In this document: piece by piece, positions 18,745-31,386 of the stretch
Position numbering within the stretch: the stretch's first letter is position 1
Layout: the number at the start of each line of letters is the position of its first letter
Assembly (NCBI GenBank): GCA_024644345.1
Contig: JAHELE010000005.1
Location: forward strand, 1 to 59,063
DNA length: 59,063 nucleotides
Direction of reading: 5' to 3'
DNA from: Actinomycetes bacterium
GTDB taxonomy: Bacteria > Actinomycetota > Actinomycetes > JAHEKZ01
The notes under the pieces: model-generated
The model's input: the letters and a program-made list of their open reading frames with translations, nothing else
What the model was told of the DNA's origin: nothing
Databases searched by the model: none
Made by a program: the position numbers and the translations under genes

Positions 18745-19810
18745 CCCCGACCACCCGCTCAGCGGGCGACAGCTGCACCCGTCTCAGGCGCTCGGTGTCA
18801 GCCCCTTCGCGCCACGCGACCACGTCGCCACCGGCGAGGGGGACGATCAGCCACCCGTCCGGCCCGGCCATCGGTTGCGCGCCCAGGGCGGGCTCGAGCC
18901 CGCGGACCATGGCGAGGTCGTCCGGTGGCCCCACGGCCAGTCCGGTACCGCCTGCCTCGTTCTTGACTACCACCGCCACCCCGTCGACAGCGGGAAACAG
19001 ACGGGGCGTGCTGACCTCGAACCACCCCAGCGGCGTCGACACGTCTGTTCGATCGCCCGTCGAGACGTCGACCATCGCGGTGGAACAGCCGGTCGTCAGA
19101 CAGCCCGTGCTGACGAGGGCGTAGTGGTCGGTGACCTCCCGGACGCCGATCACCCGGCCGAGGCCACGCACCTTCTCCTGCAGCTGCGGATCCCACAGCG
19201 CGAGCCGTTGCCCGCGGAAGACTCCCCGCAGCACCACCAGTCCGTCGTCGGTCGCGCCCTTCACCTGCAGACCCGGCGGCACGCTGAACACCTTCGATCG
19301 CCACGACCCGTAGGCGCTGGCCAGAGCAGCTCCACCGGCCGTCGGGGGGTCGGAGTTGACGATCAGCCAGACCGAGGACGGGGAGGCCGGCGCCACGAGA
19401 TCTGCCTCACCCACCGGTTCGGGGGGTTCACCTGCGAGATAGCTGACGACGGAGTCGGCGAACGCCGGGTCACCGGACGGGTACTGCACCACGGCGCCCG
19501 AACCCACGACAGTCGCCTGAACGCCGTCCACCCGGCCGCTCCCGCGACTGGTCGGGTCGTCGGTCACAGGTGTGCGTTCGCCGGTGTCGACGTCGAGCCA
19601 GGTCAACCCCGAGGCTCCGTCGGTGAGCAGCCGCAGGCCGGTGGGGGCTGGACCGGTCTGCCAGGGCCGGGCCTGCACCAGCCCCCACCCGGCCATGGCC
19701 ATCAGCAGCACGGCCACCAGCGCGACCTGCACCGGGCGGGGGACCCGCGGCATCACCCGAGCAGGCCGACGGGGGCCGGCGTCCAACATGTCGAGTTCGG
19801 TCAGCGTCAC
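18734..19810 (-). CDS. Hypothetical membrane-anchored protein (single N-terminal TM, beta-rich ectodomain)
   Basis: GC3-biased ORF; TM helix VALVAVLLMAMAGWGLV; repeated LxWxD/xVDxxTG segments. Start uncertain. Confidence 0.7.
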   Translation of the reverse strand: MTLTELDMLDAGPRRPARVMPRVPRPVQVALVAVLLMAMAGWGLVQARPWQTGPAPTGLRLLTDGASGLTWLDVDTGERTPVTDDPTSRGSGRVDGVQATVVGSGAVVQYPSGDPAFADSVVSYLAGEPPEPVGEADLVAPASPSSVWLIVNSDPPTAGGAALASAYGSWRSKVFSVPPGLQVKGATDDGLVVLRGVFRGQRLALWDPQLQEKVRGLGRVIGVREVTDHYALVSTGCLTTGCSTAMVDVSTGDRTDVSTPLGWFEVSTPRLFPAVDGVAVVVKNEAGGTGLAVGPPDDLAMVRGLEPALGAQPMAGPDGWLIVPLAGGDVVAWREGADTERLRRVQLSPAERVVGVSG

Positions 19811-19953
19811 CCCCACACAGTGAGGGGCACCCGGCCGCACGGCAACTGCTGGCCGCCCGTAGCCGCACCACCACGTGCGGTGACCGAACGTGCAGAAGGG
19901 TGGCATCGGCCGGAGAGCGGGCACCCTGCTCCGGCACGGTCTACGGTCAGCGG

Positions 19954-20817
19954 GTGGACACCCCGCACCCTGACCCGCTGCCTCCTGCGCCGACAGCGCT
20001 GAGAAGGACGGTTCTGGCGGTCTCGGTGCTCGATGGCGTCGACCTCTTCCCAGGGGACCAGCACGTGAGGCTGGTGGGTGACCATCCCGACATCGAACTC
20101 AGCTGGGACGAGATCAGCTGCGCGCTGGCGGGCAGTGATCCCGACTCCGATTCGGCGCGGAGCCGTCTCCGCACCTGGGTCCGGCTCCGGGTGGGCCTGG
20201 CGCGGCTCCCAGACCCCGTGGAGTACGCCCGACCGGTCGGGCTGCCACCTGGGCACCCTCTGCACCCCGGCGGCCAGTGGGTGCTGACGCGGGTTCCCGG
20301 CGAGGCGCTCGACCTGGGTCTCGGTGTGCTCGGCCTGCTCGACGACCCGGACGAGGTCGTCGTGGTGCCCCCATCGCTGCTGCGCGCCGCTGGTGTCGAC
20401 ACGTCCGACTGGTGGCCACGTCAGGCACGTGAGCTCGAGCGGACCGGTCGGTTGGCCGCCGAGCGTCTGCTCCGCGAGGGAACCGCACCTCTCCGTCCTT
20501 TCGGCGACCTCGACGTCCTCACGCTCCTCGGGTCGACCGCCTACCGACGTGCGCTGTGTGAGGCAGACCCGGTCGGCTGGCGGACGGCAGCGGTTCCGAT
20601 GCGAACGCGTGGGTGGCTCGACCTCGGCCGCATCGACCCGGCATTTGCGGCTGCTGCCGCCCTGGCCACCGAACCCGACGAACGCGGGTTCGAGCGAGCA
20701 GTCTTCGTGACACCCGAAGAGGTCGTCATGGTCAGCTCACTCGGTCGGTCGGCGCGCCACGCCCTCGAGGACCCACCGGCGGGCATCGACCCGTGGCTAC
20801 GGGGCCGTCAGACCTAG
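19954..20817 (+). CDS. Hypothetical cytoplasmic protein
   Basis: GC3-biased ORF with TACGGT-N6-GTG leaderless start. Motif-like segments RPVGLPPGHPLHPG, DVLTLLGS and AVPMRTRGW. Confidence 0.78.
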   Translation: MDTPHPDPLPPAPTALRRTVLAVSVLDGVDLFPGDQHVRLVGDHPDIELSWDEISCALAGSDPDSDSARSRLRTWVRLRVGLARLPDPVEYARPVGLPPGHPLHPGGQWVLTRVPGEALDLGLGVLGLLDDPDEVVVVPPSLLRAAGVDTSDWWPRQARELERTGRLAAERLLREGTAPLRPFGDLDVLTLLGSTAYRRALCEADPVGWRTAAVPMRTRGWLDLGRIDPAFAAAAALATEPDERGFERAVFVTPEEVVMVSSLGRSARHALEDPPAGIDPWLRGRQT

Positions 20818-20837
20818 TCCGGTTGACCCGTCGTTCG

Positions 20838-22766
20838 TCAGCTCTGCGACTGGGGGCGCTCGTCGACGGACTCGGAGGCCTCCGGTAACGACATCGACGA
20901 CAGCCCGCTCACGCGCTCGACGACCGCGCGCGCCACATGCTGAGCGGTCAGCCCCTCGGCCTCGAGCAGGTCGGCCCGTTTGCCGTGTTCGAGGAACTCT
21001 CGGGGTATCCCGACGATGTGCACCGGAGTGGAGATCTCGGCGTCCTGCATCTCCTCGGCGACAGCCGCCCCAACGCCGCCCACCCGCAGGTTGTCCTCGA
21101 GCGTCACGACGAGTCGAAAGGTGCGGGTCAGTGACACCAGGTCACGTGACACCGGCTTCACCCACCGGGGATCGACCACGGTGACACCAATTCCTTGGTC
21201 GTCCAACCGGGCGGCGACCTCCAGCGCGCACCGCACCATGGCACCCACTGCCACGATCAGAACATCGTTGGCACCCGAGCGGTGCAGCACGTCGGAGTCG
21301 CCAATCCGGTCCATGGTCTCGACGTCGGGGGGCAACGCTCCCTTCGGGTACCGCAACAGAGTGGGAGCGTCGTCCACGGCGATCGCCTCGGCGAAGAGCT
21401 CACGTAGCCGCTGACCGTCGCGCGGTGCCGCGATCTGCAGCCCAGGCACCGTCTGGAATATCGACAGGTCCCACATGCCGTTGTGCGACGCGCCGTCGTC
21501 TCCGGTGATGCCCGCCCGGTCGAGCACGAAGGTCACAGCGGCATGGTGCAGGGCCACGTCCAGCAGCACCTGGTCGTAGGCGCGGTTCATGAACGTGGCA
21601 TAGACGGCGACCACCGGGTGCAGGCCCCCGAACGCCAGACCGGCGGCCGACGTGACAGCGTGCTGCTCGGCGATCCCGACATCGAAGACGCGATCGGGAA
21701 AGGCTTCGGCGAAGGGGCCCAGGCCCACCGGCTGCAGCATGGCCGCGGTGATCGCCACGATGTCTTCGCGCTCGTGCCCGGCAGCGGTCATTTCCTCGGC
21801 GAAGACTCCGGTCCAGGTGGGGCCGGCCGCCGCGACGGCGCGCCCGGTCTCGGGGTCGATCACGCCGACGCCGTGGAACCGATCCGCGTCATCGTTTTCT
21901 GCCGGCGCGTAGCCCAGTCCCTTGCGGGTCAGCGCATGCACGATGACCGGGCCGCGGAAGGCCTTGGCCCGACGCAGGGCGTGCTCGAGCTCTTCCACGT
22001 TGTGCCCGTCCACCGGACCGACGTACTTGAGCCCGAGGTCCTCGAAGAGTCCCTGCGGTGCCACCATGTCCTTCAGGCCCTTCTTCATGCCATGCAGGGT
22101 GTCGAACAGGGGTTGCCCCACAACGGGGGTGCGGTCGAGCAGCGATCGCCCCCAGCCCAGGAACCGCTCGTACCCGCGGGTGGTGCGCAGGGTGGCCAGA
22201 TGGTGAGCGAGACCTCCGATGGTGGGCGCGTAGGAGCGCTCGTTGTCGTTGACGACGATCACGACCGGGCGGTCGGGCGCCCCAGCCAGGTTGTTGAGTG
22301 CTTCCCACGACATTCCACCGGTGAGCGCACCGTCGCCGACGACGGCGGCCACGGTACGGCTTCGTTCCCCCCGCAGCTGGAAGGCCTTGGCGATCCCGTC
22401 GGCATACGACAGCGCAGTCGACGCATGCGAGTTCTCGATGACGTCATGCTCGGACTCGGCGCGCGAGGGGTAGCCGGACAGCCCGTCCCGCTGCCGGAGC
22501 GACTCGAAGTCGTGGCGTCCGGTGAGCAGCTTGTGCACGTACGCCTGATGCCCGGTGTCCCACAGGAGGACGTCGCGCGGACTGTCGAACACCCGGTGCA
22601 GCGCAATAGTGAGCTCGACGACGCCCAGGTTGGGACCGAGGTGCCCGCCGGTGCGCGACACGTTCTCGACGAGGAAGGAACGGATCTCGACAGCCAGTTG
22701 CTCCAGCTCGTCGGTGTTCAGGGCCTGGACGTCAGCCGGCGTGGTGATCTGGGAGAGCAGCGACAC
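20838..22766 (-). CDS. dxs: 1-deoxy-D-xylulose-5-phosphate synthase
   Basis: [33 protein letters not shown] and DVGIAEQHA. Confidence 0.98.
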   Translation of the reverse strand: MSLLSQITTPADVQALNTDELEQLAVEIRSFLVENVSRTGGHLGPNLGVVELTIALHRVFDSPRDVLLWDTGHQAYVHKLLTGRHDFESLRQRDGLSGYPSRAESEHDVIENSHASTALSYADGIAKAFQLRGERSRTVAAVVGDGALTGGMSWEALNNLAGAPDRPVVIVVNDNERSYAPTIGGLAHHLATLRTTRGYERFLGWGRSLLDRTPVVGQPLFDTLHGMKKGLKDMVAPQGLFEDLGLKYVGPVDGHNVEELEHALRRAKAFRGPVIVHALTRKGLGYAPAENDDADRFHGVGVIDPETGRAVAAAGPTWTGVFAEEMTAAGHEREDIVAITAAMLQPVGLGPFAEAFPDRVFDVGIAEQHAVTSAAGLAFGGLHPVVAVYATFMNRAYDQVLLDVALHHAAVTFVLDRAGITGDDGASHNGMWDLSIFQTVPGLQIAAPRDGQRLRELFAEAIAVDDAPTLLRYPKGALPPDVETMDRIGDSDVLHRSGANDVLIVAVGAMVRCALEVAARLDDQGIGVTVVDPRWVKPVSRDLVSLTRTFRLVVTLEDNLRVGGVGAAVAEEMQDAEISTPVHIVGIPREFLEHGKRADLLEAEGLTAQHVARAVVERVSGLSSMSLPEASESVDERPQSQS

Positions 22767-22870
22767 CAGCCAGCCCCTCCCCGCTTGTCATCGTGGCGGT
22801 CGGCCCGGGTGGCCGACCAGGGTCCAGTGTAGGGCCGCACCCCGGGCGCGGCTCGCTCGTCGCGGCCGCC

Positions 22871-23245
22871 CTACATCTTGGCGACGAACGACTCTCCCCG
22901 CAGTGCTCGGGCGATGAGATCGACCTCACGGCGTCGGGCCAGGAGGGCCGCTCCCTCACGTTCGAGGGCCTGGAGCATCTCGGCCAGCACCTCAGGGGTG
23001 GCGTCCTCGCGCAGCTCCGCACGTGCGCGCGAGTAGGACGCCCTGGCTGATTCGAGCTGGGCCTCGACCAGCGCCTGCACTCGCCACGCCAGCAGGACCG
23101 GCTGCCTGGCATAGAGCGGTTCGGTGCGAAAGTCGCCAGGAGCGAGATCGAGCAGGTAGGCGACGGCTCGCGGTTCCCACCCCTCAGCACCGGGAGGTGG
23201 GACAGACTTGGGCCACCCAGGCGGTGGTCGGCGCTGCGTGCTCAC
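22871..23245 (-). CDS. Conserved actinobacterial hypothetical protein
   Basis: PPGWPKSVPPPGAEGWE..AVAYLLDL..P followed by a helical C-terminus. Start set at GTG 23245. Confidence 0.75.
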   Translation of the reverse strand: MSTQRRPPPGWPKSVPPPGAEGWEPRAVAYLLDLAPGDFRTEPLYARQPVLLAWRVQALVEAQLESARASYSRARAELREDATPEVLAEMLQALEREGAALLARRREVDLIARALRGESFVAKM

Positions 23246-23348
23246 GGCCCGAGCCTGGCACGTCCCGCCGACACCGTGACATCGACCGCGGCTCACCCGC
23301 CGTGGGCCGCCTGAGATACTCCTCACCATGGTCGCGTGGGCAGCAGGC

Positions 23349-23759
23349 ATGAAGGTGCTGATCAAGTGGGGTCCGGTCGTCTTCGCGGCCGGCAAGAAGG
23401 CCCTGCCGTACCTGAAGGACAACCCCGCCGCCCAGCAGTTCGTGGCCTCGATGGCCGAGCAGACAGCTGCCCTACCGGCCAAGCTCAGCACCGAAGGACG
23501 GGTCAAGCGCAAGATCTCAGCCGTGCAGGTGTCTCTCGCCGAGGCCGCCACGGTCGGGGTCGACCCACTGGCCTACGCCCGCTGGCGCGAGGAGCTCGAC
23601 GAGATGTCGAGGACGGTGGTGCTGGCCCGGGCCGCCAGCCGGCCGCAACGACGTCTGCTCCTCAAACGCTGCGAGCGGCGTCTGGATGCGCTGGTGGCCG
23701 AGATCCTGCCGCAGCTCACGCGGCGGCGTCCCGCGCCCCCGCCCCAGCTCCCCGGCTAG
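23349..23759 (+). CDS. Hypothetical helical protein
   Basis: GC3-biased ORF MKVLIKWGPVV... Start at 23328 or 23349. Confidence 0.7.
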   Translation: MKVLIKWGPVVFAAGKKALPYLKDNPAAQQFVASMAEQTAALPAKLSTEGRVKRKISAVQVSLAEAATVGVDPLAYARWREELDEMSRTVVLARAASRPQRRLLLKRCERRLDALVAEILPQLTRRRPAPPPQLPG

Positions 23760-23785
23760 AGCTCCTGCCCGGCCCCCGAACCCGC

Positions 23786-23843
23786 CGAGTGTCGCGAAAC
23801 CGTTCATGGGAGCGAGCTGCGGTCCACACTTTCGTGCCACTCG
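23786..23843. repeat. REP-like inverted repeat between convergent genes
   Basis: CGAGTGTCGCGAAA (23786-23799) and TTTCGTGCCACTCG (23830-23843) are complementary at 12 of 14 positions. Confidence 0.55.
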
Positions 23844-23860
23844 CGGATGCGGTGGGGCCT

Positions 23861-23883
23861 AGGTCAGGTCAGGTCAGGTCAGG

Positions 23884-23890
<7 letters not shown>
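23861..23890. repeat. Pentanucleotide tandem repeat (AGGTC)6
   Basis: Six perfect copies overlapping the acnA stop codon. Confidence 0.95.
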
Positions 23891-26706
<2,816 letters not shown>

Positions 26707-26757
26707 GGGGGGCTCCTCGTGGTGTGGGGGCGTCGACCTGATCCTGCCGGATGGGAT

Positions 26758-26777
26758 TTATCTTGATGTCAAGATAA
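26758..26777. promoter_or_regulatory. TamR-type (MarR family) operator upstream of acnA
   Basis: Perfect AT-rich palindrome TTATCTTGA-TG-TCAAGATAA about 50 bp upstream of the acnA start. Resembles the TamR site described upstream of Streptomyces aconitase. Confidence 0.8.
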
Positions 26778-27935
26778 CACGAGAAGGGCCACACTCTCGA
26801 TGTGGTGCGTCATCGGAAACAGGTCGAACGCCCGAAGCGCCGACAACCGGTACCCGGCCTCCGCGAAGTAGGCCACATCGCGCCCGAGGGCTGCCGGGTC
26901 ACAGGCGACGTAGACGACCGCACGGGGCCGCCAGGCCGCTACCGCCTCGACCACGGGGCGTTTGGCCCCCAGCCGTGGCGGGTCCAGCACCACCACATCG
27001 GGACGCAGGTCGGTCGCCTGTGCCAGGTACCGCTCGACTGCGACGGCGTGCACCTGGGCCAGCGGGAGGTCGGACAGGTTCTTCTGCGCGTCGGCGGCAG
27101 CCGTTCGATGCCCCTCGACCGCATCGACCCGCCCTCCTGTCCGGCTCCCCCACACGCCCGCGAAGAGCCCCACACCGGCGTACAGGTCGACCAGGTGCTC
27201 CCCCGGTTGCGGTGCCGCAAGCTCGAAGACCGCGTCCACCAGCGCGTCAGCCGCCATGGGGTGGACCTGCCAGAAACCACCGGACGACACCTGCCACCAT
27301 CGGCCGGCGGCCTTTCGGCGCAGTGACTCGCGGCCACGGGCCTGGCCCACCTGCACGGCACGTTCGTCGTCCTCCGGCGACGTCGTCACCGACACCTCGT
27401 CAACGCCTGGCCATCGGGTGGACGTGATCTCAGGAACATCGACGAGTGGATGGGCAATTACGCAGTCGTCGATGGCCACGACCTCGTGCGAGCGGTGGCG
27501 CACGAGTCCGGCCCGACCGTCAGCGTCGACGGCGAAGCGCACGCGGGTGCGCCACCTCAGACCGGGCTGTTCGGGGTCGGTATCGGGCACCGGGGCCACC
27601 TCACCTGACCAGTCGACGGCTGACCAGTCGACCTTTCCCAGTCTGGTCAGCTGCTCGCGCACCACCGCTGCCTTGAGCCGGCGCTGCGCCTCCCCCGTCG
27701 CGTGCTGGACGTCACATCCGCCGCAGCTCCCCGCGTAGGAGCAGGGCGGCTGCACCCGGTCCGGCGAGGCCTCAAGCACCTCGAGCACCTCGGCCCGGAG
27801 ATAGCGGCCCTTGGGACCCTCCTCCGATACCCGCACCCGTACCTGCTCACCCGGCAGGACGTGGCGCACGAAGAGCACTCTGCCCTCGTGCCGCGCGACG
27901 AAGTGGCCGCCGTGGGCCACCGGCCCTACCGTCAC
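26769..27935 (-). CDS. TRAM-domain class I SAM-dependent RNA (uracil-5)-methyltransferase (RlmD/TrmA family)
   Basis: VAHGGHFVAR, C-x5-CGGC, FWQ, DLYAGVG, LDPPR, YVACDP and DLFPMTHHIE. True start may be CTG 27983. Confidence 0.92.
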   Translation of the reverse strand: MTVGPVAHGGHFVARHEGRVLFVRHVLPGEQVRVRVSEEGPKGRYLRAEVLEVLEASPDRVQPPCSYAGSCGGCDVQHATGEAQRRLKAAVVREQLTRLGKVDWSAVDWSGEVAPVPDTDPEQPGLRWRTRVRFAVDADGRAGLVRHRSHEVVAIDDCVIAHPLVDVPEITSTRWPGVDEVSVTTSPEDDERAVQVGQARGRESLRRKAAGRWWQVSSGGFWQVHPMAADALVDAVFELAAPQPGEHLVDLYAGVGLFAGVWGSRTGGRVDAVEGHRTAAADAQKNLSDLPLAQVHAVAVERYLAQATDLRPDVVVLDPPRLGAKRPVVEAVAAWRPRAVVYVACDPAALGRDVAYFAEAGYRLSALRAFDLFPMTHHIESVALLVLS

Positions 27936-27979
27936 CGAGACGACGTCGCCAACAGCCAGCGACGACGCCTGGGAGCTGC

Positions 27980-29998
27980 TCAGGGCTCCATCTCTTCCTC
28001 GACCACGCGCTCGGCCTCCTCATCGGTCGGCTCGCCACGTCGGACGGCGCCAGCGGCAAAGATCTCCGGCCGGTCGACGAGGGCCTCGGACGAACGCAGC
28101 TGGTACGGCACGGACACGACCACGACCCCAGGTGTGAGGCGCAGCCGGGTCTTGACTCGGAAGGCACTCTGGTTGTGCAGCAAGGTCTCCCACCACCGTC
28201 CGACGACGTACTCGGGAACGTAGACGTCGACGATGTCCCGGGCGTGGTCGGCGCGCTTGGCCTTGACGTACTCCACGACCGGCCTGGTGATCTCGCGGTA
28301 CGGCGAGTCGAGGACGCGGATCGGAACGGGGATGTTCCTCTCGTCCCACTCCGCGAGCAGGGCTTCGGTCTCCACCGGATCGACGCTGACCGTCACCGCT
28401 TCCAGTGTCGCGGGGCGCGAAGCGCGCGCGTACGCGAGCGCTCGGAGCGCCGGCTTGTGCAGCTTCGACACGAGTACGACCGCGTGGATCCGCGCCGGCA
28501 GCATCTCAGAGGAGGCATCAGCCTTCAGCTCCTCAGCCACATTGCGGTAGTGACGGTGGATCGCCTTCATCAGGACGAACAGCACCATCATGGCCAGCAC
28601 GGCGAGGTAGGCGCCTCTGGTGAACTTCGTCAGCAGGACGACAACGAGTACTGACCCGGTCAGGACGAGCCCGACGGCATTGACCACCCGAGAGCGTCGC
28701 ATCTGCGCCCGGACCACACGGTCCGGCTCGACCGCCAGGAACCTGGTCCAGTGCCGCACCATGCCGATCTGGCTCATCGTGAACGAGAGAAAGACTCCAA
28801 CGATGTACAGCTGGATCAGCTTTGACACGTCGGCGTCGAACACGATGACCAAGACGATCGCCATGCCCGCGAGCGCCAGGATGCCGTTGCTGAAGGCGAG
28901 CCGGTCCCCCCGCGTGTGCAGCTGACGCGGAAGGTACCCGTCGCGCGCCAGGATCGAACCCAGCACCGGAAAGCCGTTGAAGGCGGTGTTGGCCGCCAGC
29001 ACGAGGATGAGAGCCGTGACGGCCGAGACGAACAGCGCCAAGGCGGGTGCATTGCTGAAGACCGCGTTGGCCACCTGCGCGATGACAGTCTTCTGCGGCT
29101 CACCGTCGGGCAGGCCGACCAGGTCGCTGTCGCTTTCCGCGACCTTCACACCGGTCTGCAGCGCCAGCCAGGTGATCGACGCGAACATCGTCATCGAGAT
29201 GACGCCGAGCAGCAGCAAGGTCGTGGCAGCGTTCTTCGACTTGGGAGGCTGGAAGGCGGGAACACCGTTGCTGATCGCCTCCACGCCGGTCAGCGCCGTG
29301 GTTCCGGACGTGAAGGCCCTGGCGACCAGGTACACCAGTGCCAGCCCGGTGAAGGTGTTCTCGGCGATCAAGGTGTAGTCGGCGCTCTCGGCCCGAAGCT
29401 CGGTTCCCGACACGAGCCGGACGATGGCCCAGCCGACCATCAGGAAGATCGATGCCATGAAGGCGTACGTGGGGATGGCGAACGCCGTACCCGACTCCCG
29501 AACCCCCCGCAGGTTCAGGAAGGTGATCACCGCGATCAGGACGACCGCGAGCAGCACCGCATGCTTTTCCAGCGGGTCGTAGGCCGACACGATGTTCTGC
29601 ACAGCGGCCGCGATGGACACCGCGACCGTCATGACGTAGTCGACCAGCAGGGCACTGGCCACCACGACACCGGAGTTGGGTCCGAGATTGACGCTGACGT
29701 TCTCGTAGTCGCCGCCACCGGAGGGATAGGCGTGCACGTTCTGCCGGTAGGACGCCACCACCACGAAGAACACCAGCACCACGCCGGCCGCCACCCAGGG
29801 TGCGTAGTGGAAGAAGGCCACCCCGCCGAGGGACAGGACGAGCAGGATCTCTTGCGTGGCGTACGCGTTGGAGGACAGCGCGTCGCTGGCGAACACGGGC
29901 AGCGCGATCCGCTTGGGCAGAAGTGTCTCGCTCAACCGTGCGCTCGACTGCGGACGCCCGACAAGAGCGCGCTTGAACAGAGACGTCACGGAGGCCAC
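27980..29998 (-). CDS. APC family permease (KimA/Rv2690c-like K+ transporter)
   Basis: ASDALSSNAYATQE, YPSGGG, LTGVEAISNGVPAF and a cytoplasmic C-terminal domain SPYR/LHNQ. Confidence 0.9.
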   Translation of the reverse strand: MASVTSLFKRALVGRPQSSARLSETLLPKRIALPVFASDALSSNAYATQEILLVLSLGGVAFFHYAPWVAAGVVLVFFVVVASYRQNVHAYPSGGGDYENVSVNLGPNSGVVVASALLVDYVMTVAVSIAAAVQNIVSAYDPLEKHAVLLAVVLIAVITFLNLRGVRESGTAFAIPTYAFMASIFLMVGWAIVRLVSGTELRAESADYTLIAENTFTGLALVYLVARAFTSGTTALTGVEAISNGVPAFQPPKSKNAATTLLLLGVISMTMFASITWLALQTGVKVAESDSDLVGLPDGEPQKTVIAQVANAVFSNAPALALFVSAVTALILVLAANTAFNGFPVLGSILARDGYLPRQLHTRGDRLAFSNGILALAGMAIVLVIVFDADVSKLIQLYIVGVFLSFTMSQIGMVRHWTRFLAVEPDRVVRAQMRRSRVVNAVGLVLTGSVLVVVLLTKFTRGAYLAVLAMMVLFVLMKAIHRHYRNVAEELKADASSEMLPARIHAVVLVSKLHKPALRALAYARASRPATLEAVTVSVDPVETEALLAEWDERNIPVPIRVLDSPYREITRPVVEYVKAKRADHARDIVDVYVPEYVVGRWWETLLHNQSAFRVKTRLRLTPGVVVVSVPYQLRSSEALVDRPEIFAAGAVRRGEPTDEEAERVVEEEMEP

Positions 29999-30054
29999 GG
30001 GCGCCGAGCCTACGCCTGCACACCCTCAGGGGACGTGACCGCTACCGTGGGCAC

Positions 30055-30717
30055 GTGCATGTGGTGATCATGGGCTGTGGCCGCGTCGGATCGATGGTGG
30101 CGATCGAGCTCGACAAGGGCGGTCACCAGGTTGTCGTCGTCGACCAAGATCCCGACTCCTTCCGCCGTCTAGGCGCGGCCTTCAGCGGCAGGACGGTCAC
30201 CGGGGTCGGGTTCGACCGTGACACGTTGCTCGAGGCTGACATCGAGGTCACGGACGCCTTCGTCGCGGTGAGCAGCGGGGACAACTCCAACATCGTCTCC
30301 GCCCGGGTGGCCCGTGAGAACTTTGGGGTGTCGACGGTCGTGGCGCGCATCTACGACCCGCGCCGGGCCGAGATCTACCAGCGCCTCGGGATCCCCACTG
30401 TCGCCACCGTTCGATGGACAGCCGACCGGGTACTTCGCCGCCTCACACCAGGTGGTGTCCACGAGGACTACCGCGATCCGAGTGGCGAGATCTCCATGGC
30501 CGAGCTGCCCGTGGCCATCGAGTGGATCGGGCAGACCTACGCCCGTCTCGAGCAGGTGTGCGGTATCCGGATCGGCTACATCACGCGGGTCGGTCAAGGG
30601 CAGCTGACAACGGCGAGCACGGTGATCCAGGAGGGCGACGTCGTGCACGCGTTGGTGGCCAGCGCCGACGCCTCACGAGCCGCCGAAGCCGTCTCCCGAC
30701 CCCCGGAAGGACTGTGA
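30055..30717 (+). CDS. trkA: TrkA-family K+ uptake RCK subunit (CeoB-like)
   Basis: IMGCGRVG, SSGDNSNI and ARIYDPRRAE. Confidence 0.92.
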   Translation: MHVVIMGCGRVGSMVAIELDKGGHQVVVVDQDPDSFRRLGAAFSGRTVTGVGFDRDTLLEADIEVTDAFVAVSSGDNSNIVSARVARENFGVSTVVARIYDPRRAEIYQRLGIPTVATVRWTADRVLRRLTPGGVHEDYRDPSGEISMAELPVAIEWIGQTYARLEQVCGIRIGYITRVGQGQLTTASTVIQEGDVVHALVASADASRAAEAVSRPPEGL

Positions 30718-30720
30718 CCG

Positions 30721-31386
30721 ATGCGCGTCGCCATCGCGGGGGCCGGCAAGGTCGGCCGATCGATCGCCACTGAGCTCCTCGGCCACGACCACGAAGTCCT
30801 GCTCATCGACCCTGAGGTCACCACGTACCGCGCGGACCTGGCGGCGGCAACGTGGCTGCAGGGCGACGCGTGCGAGATCTCCGCACTCGACGAAGCACAG
30901 CTGCAGACCTGCCAGGTCGCCATCGCCGCCACTGGCGACGACAAGGTCAATCTCGTCATCTCGTTGCTTGCGAAGACCGAGTACGGCGTTCCCCGTGTGG
31001 TCGCGCGGGTCAACCACCCCAAGAACGAGTGGTTGTTCAACGAAGGATGGGGCGTGGACGTTGCGGTTTCGACACCCAGGCTCCTGTCCGCCCTCGTGGA
31101 AGAGGCCGTGAGTGTGGGTGACGTCGTGCGCCTGATGGAGTTCGAACAGGGCGACGCCAACCTGGTCGAGCTCACATTGCCCGACGACTCACCAGTTGTG
31201 GGCCTGCGGGTGGGCGATGTCGCCCTACCGGCCGATACCGCCCTGGTCACCATCGTGCGCGACCGCCGCGTCATCACGCCCACTGCCGACGACCCGCTCG
31301 AGGCCGGTGACGAGCTTCTCTTCGTGACCTCCGACGTCTCCGAGGACGAGGTGCAGCAGACCTTCAGTCCGCATCCTCGCCGCTAG
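30721..31386 (+). CDS. trkA: TrkA-family K+ uptake RCK subunit (CeoC-like)
   Basis: IAGAGKVG, GDACE, TGDDKVNL, WGVDVAVSTP and a TrkA-C domain. Confidence 0.92.
   Translation: MRVAIAGAGKVGRSIATELLGHDHEVLLIDPEVTTYRADLAAATWLQGDACEISALDEAQLQTCQVAIAATGDDKVNLVISLLAKTEYGVPRVVARVNHPKNEWLFNEGWGVDVAVSTPRLLSALVEEAVSVGDVVRLMEFEQGDANLVELTLPDDSPVVGLRVGDVALPADTALVTIVRDRRVITPTADDPLEAGDELLFVTSDVSEDEVQQTFSPHPRR

Noticed and set aside
19895-19935. GCCGATGC as a third sigma28 promoter on the minus strand
   Set aside because: No convincing -35 at 15-16 nt spacing.
29998-30055. c-di-AMP (ydaO) riboswitch before the KimA-like permease
   Set aside because: The intergenic region is only 56 bp and both genes appear leaderless.
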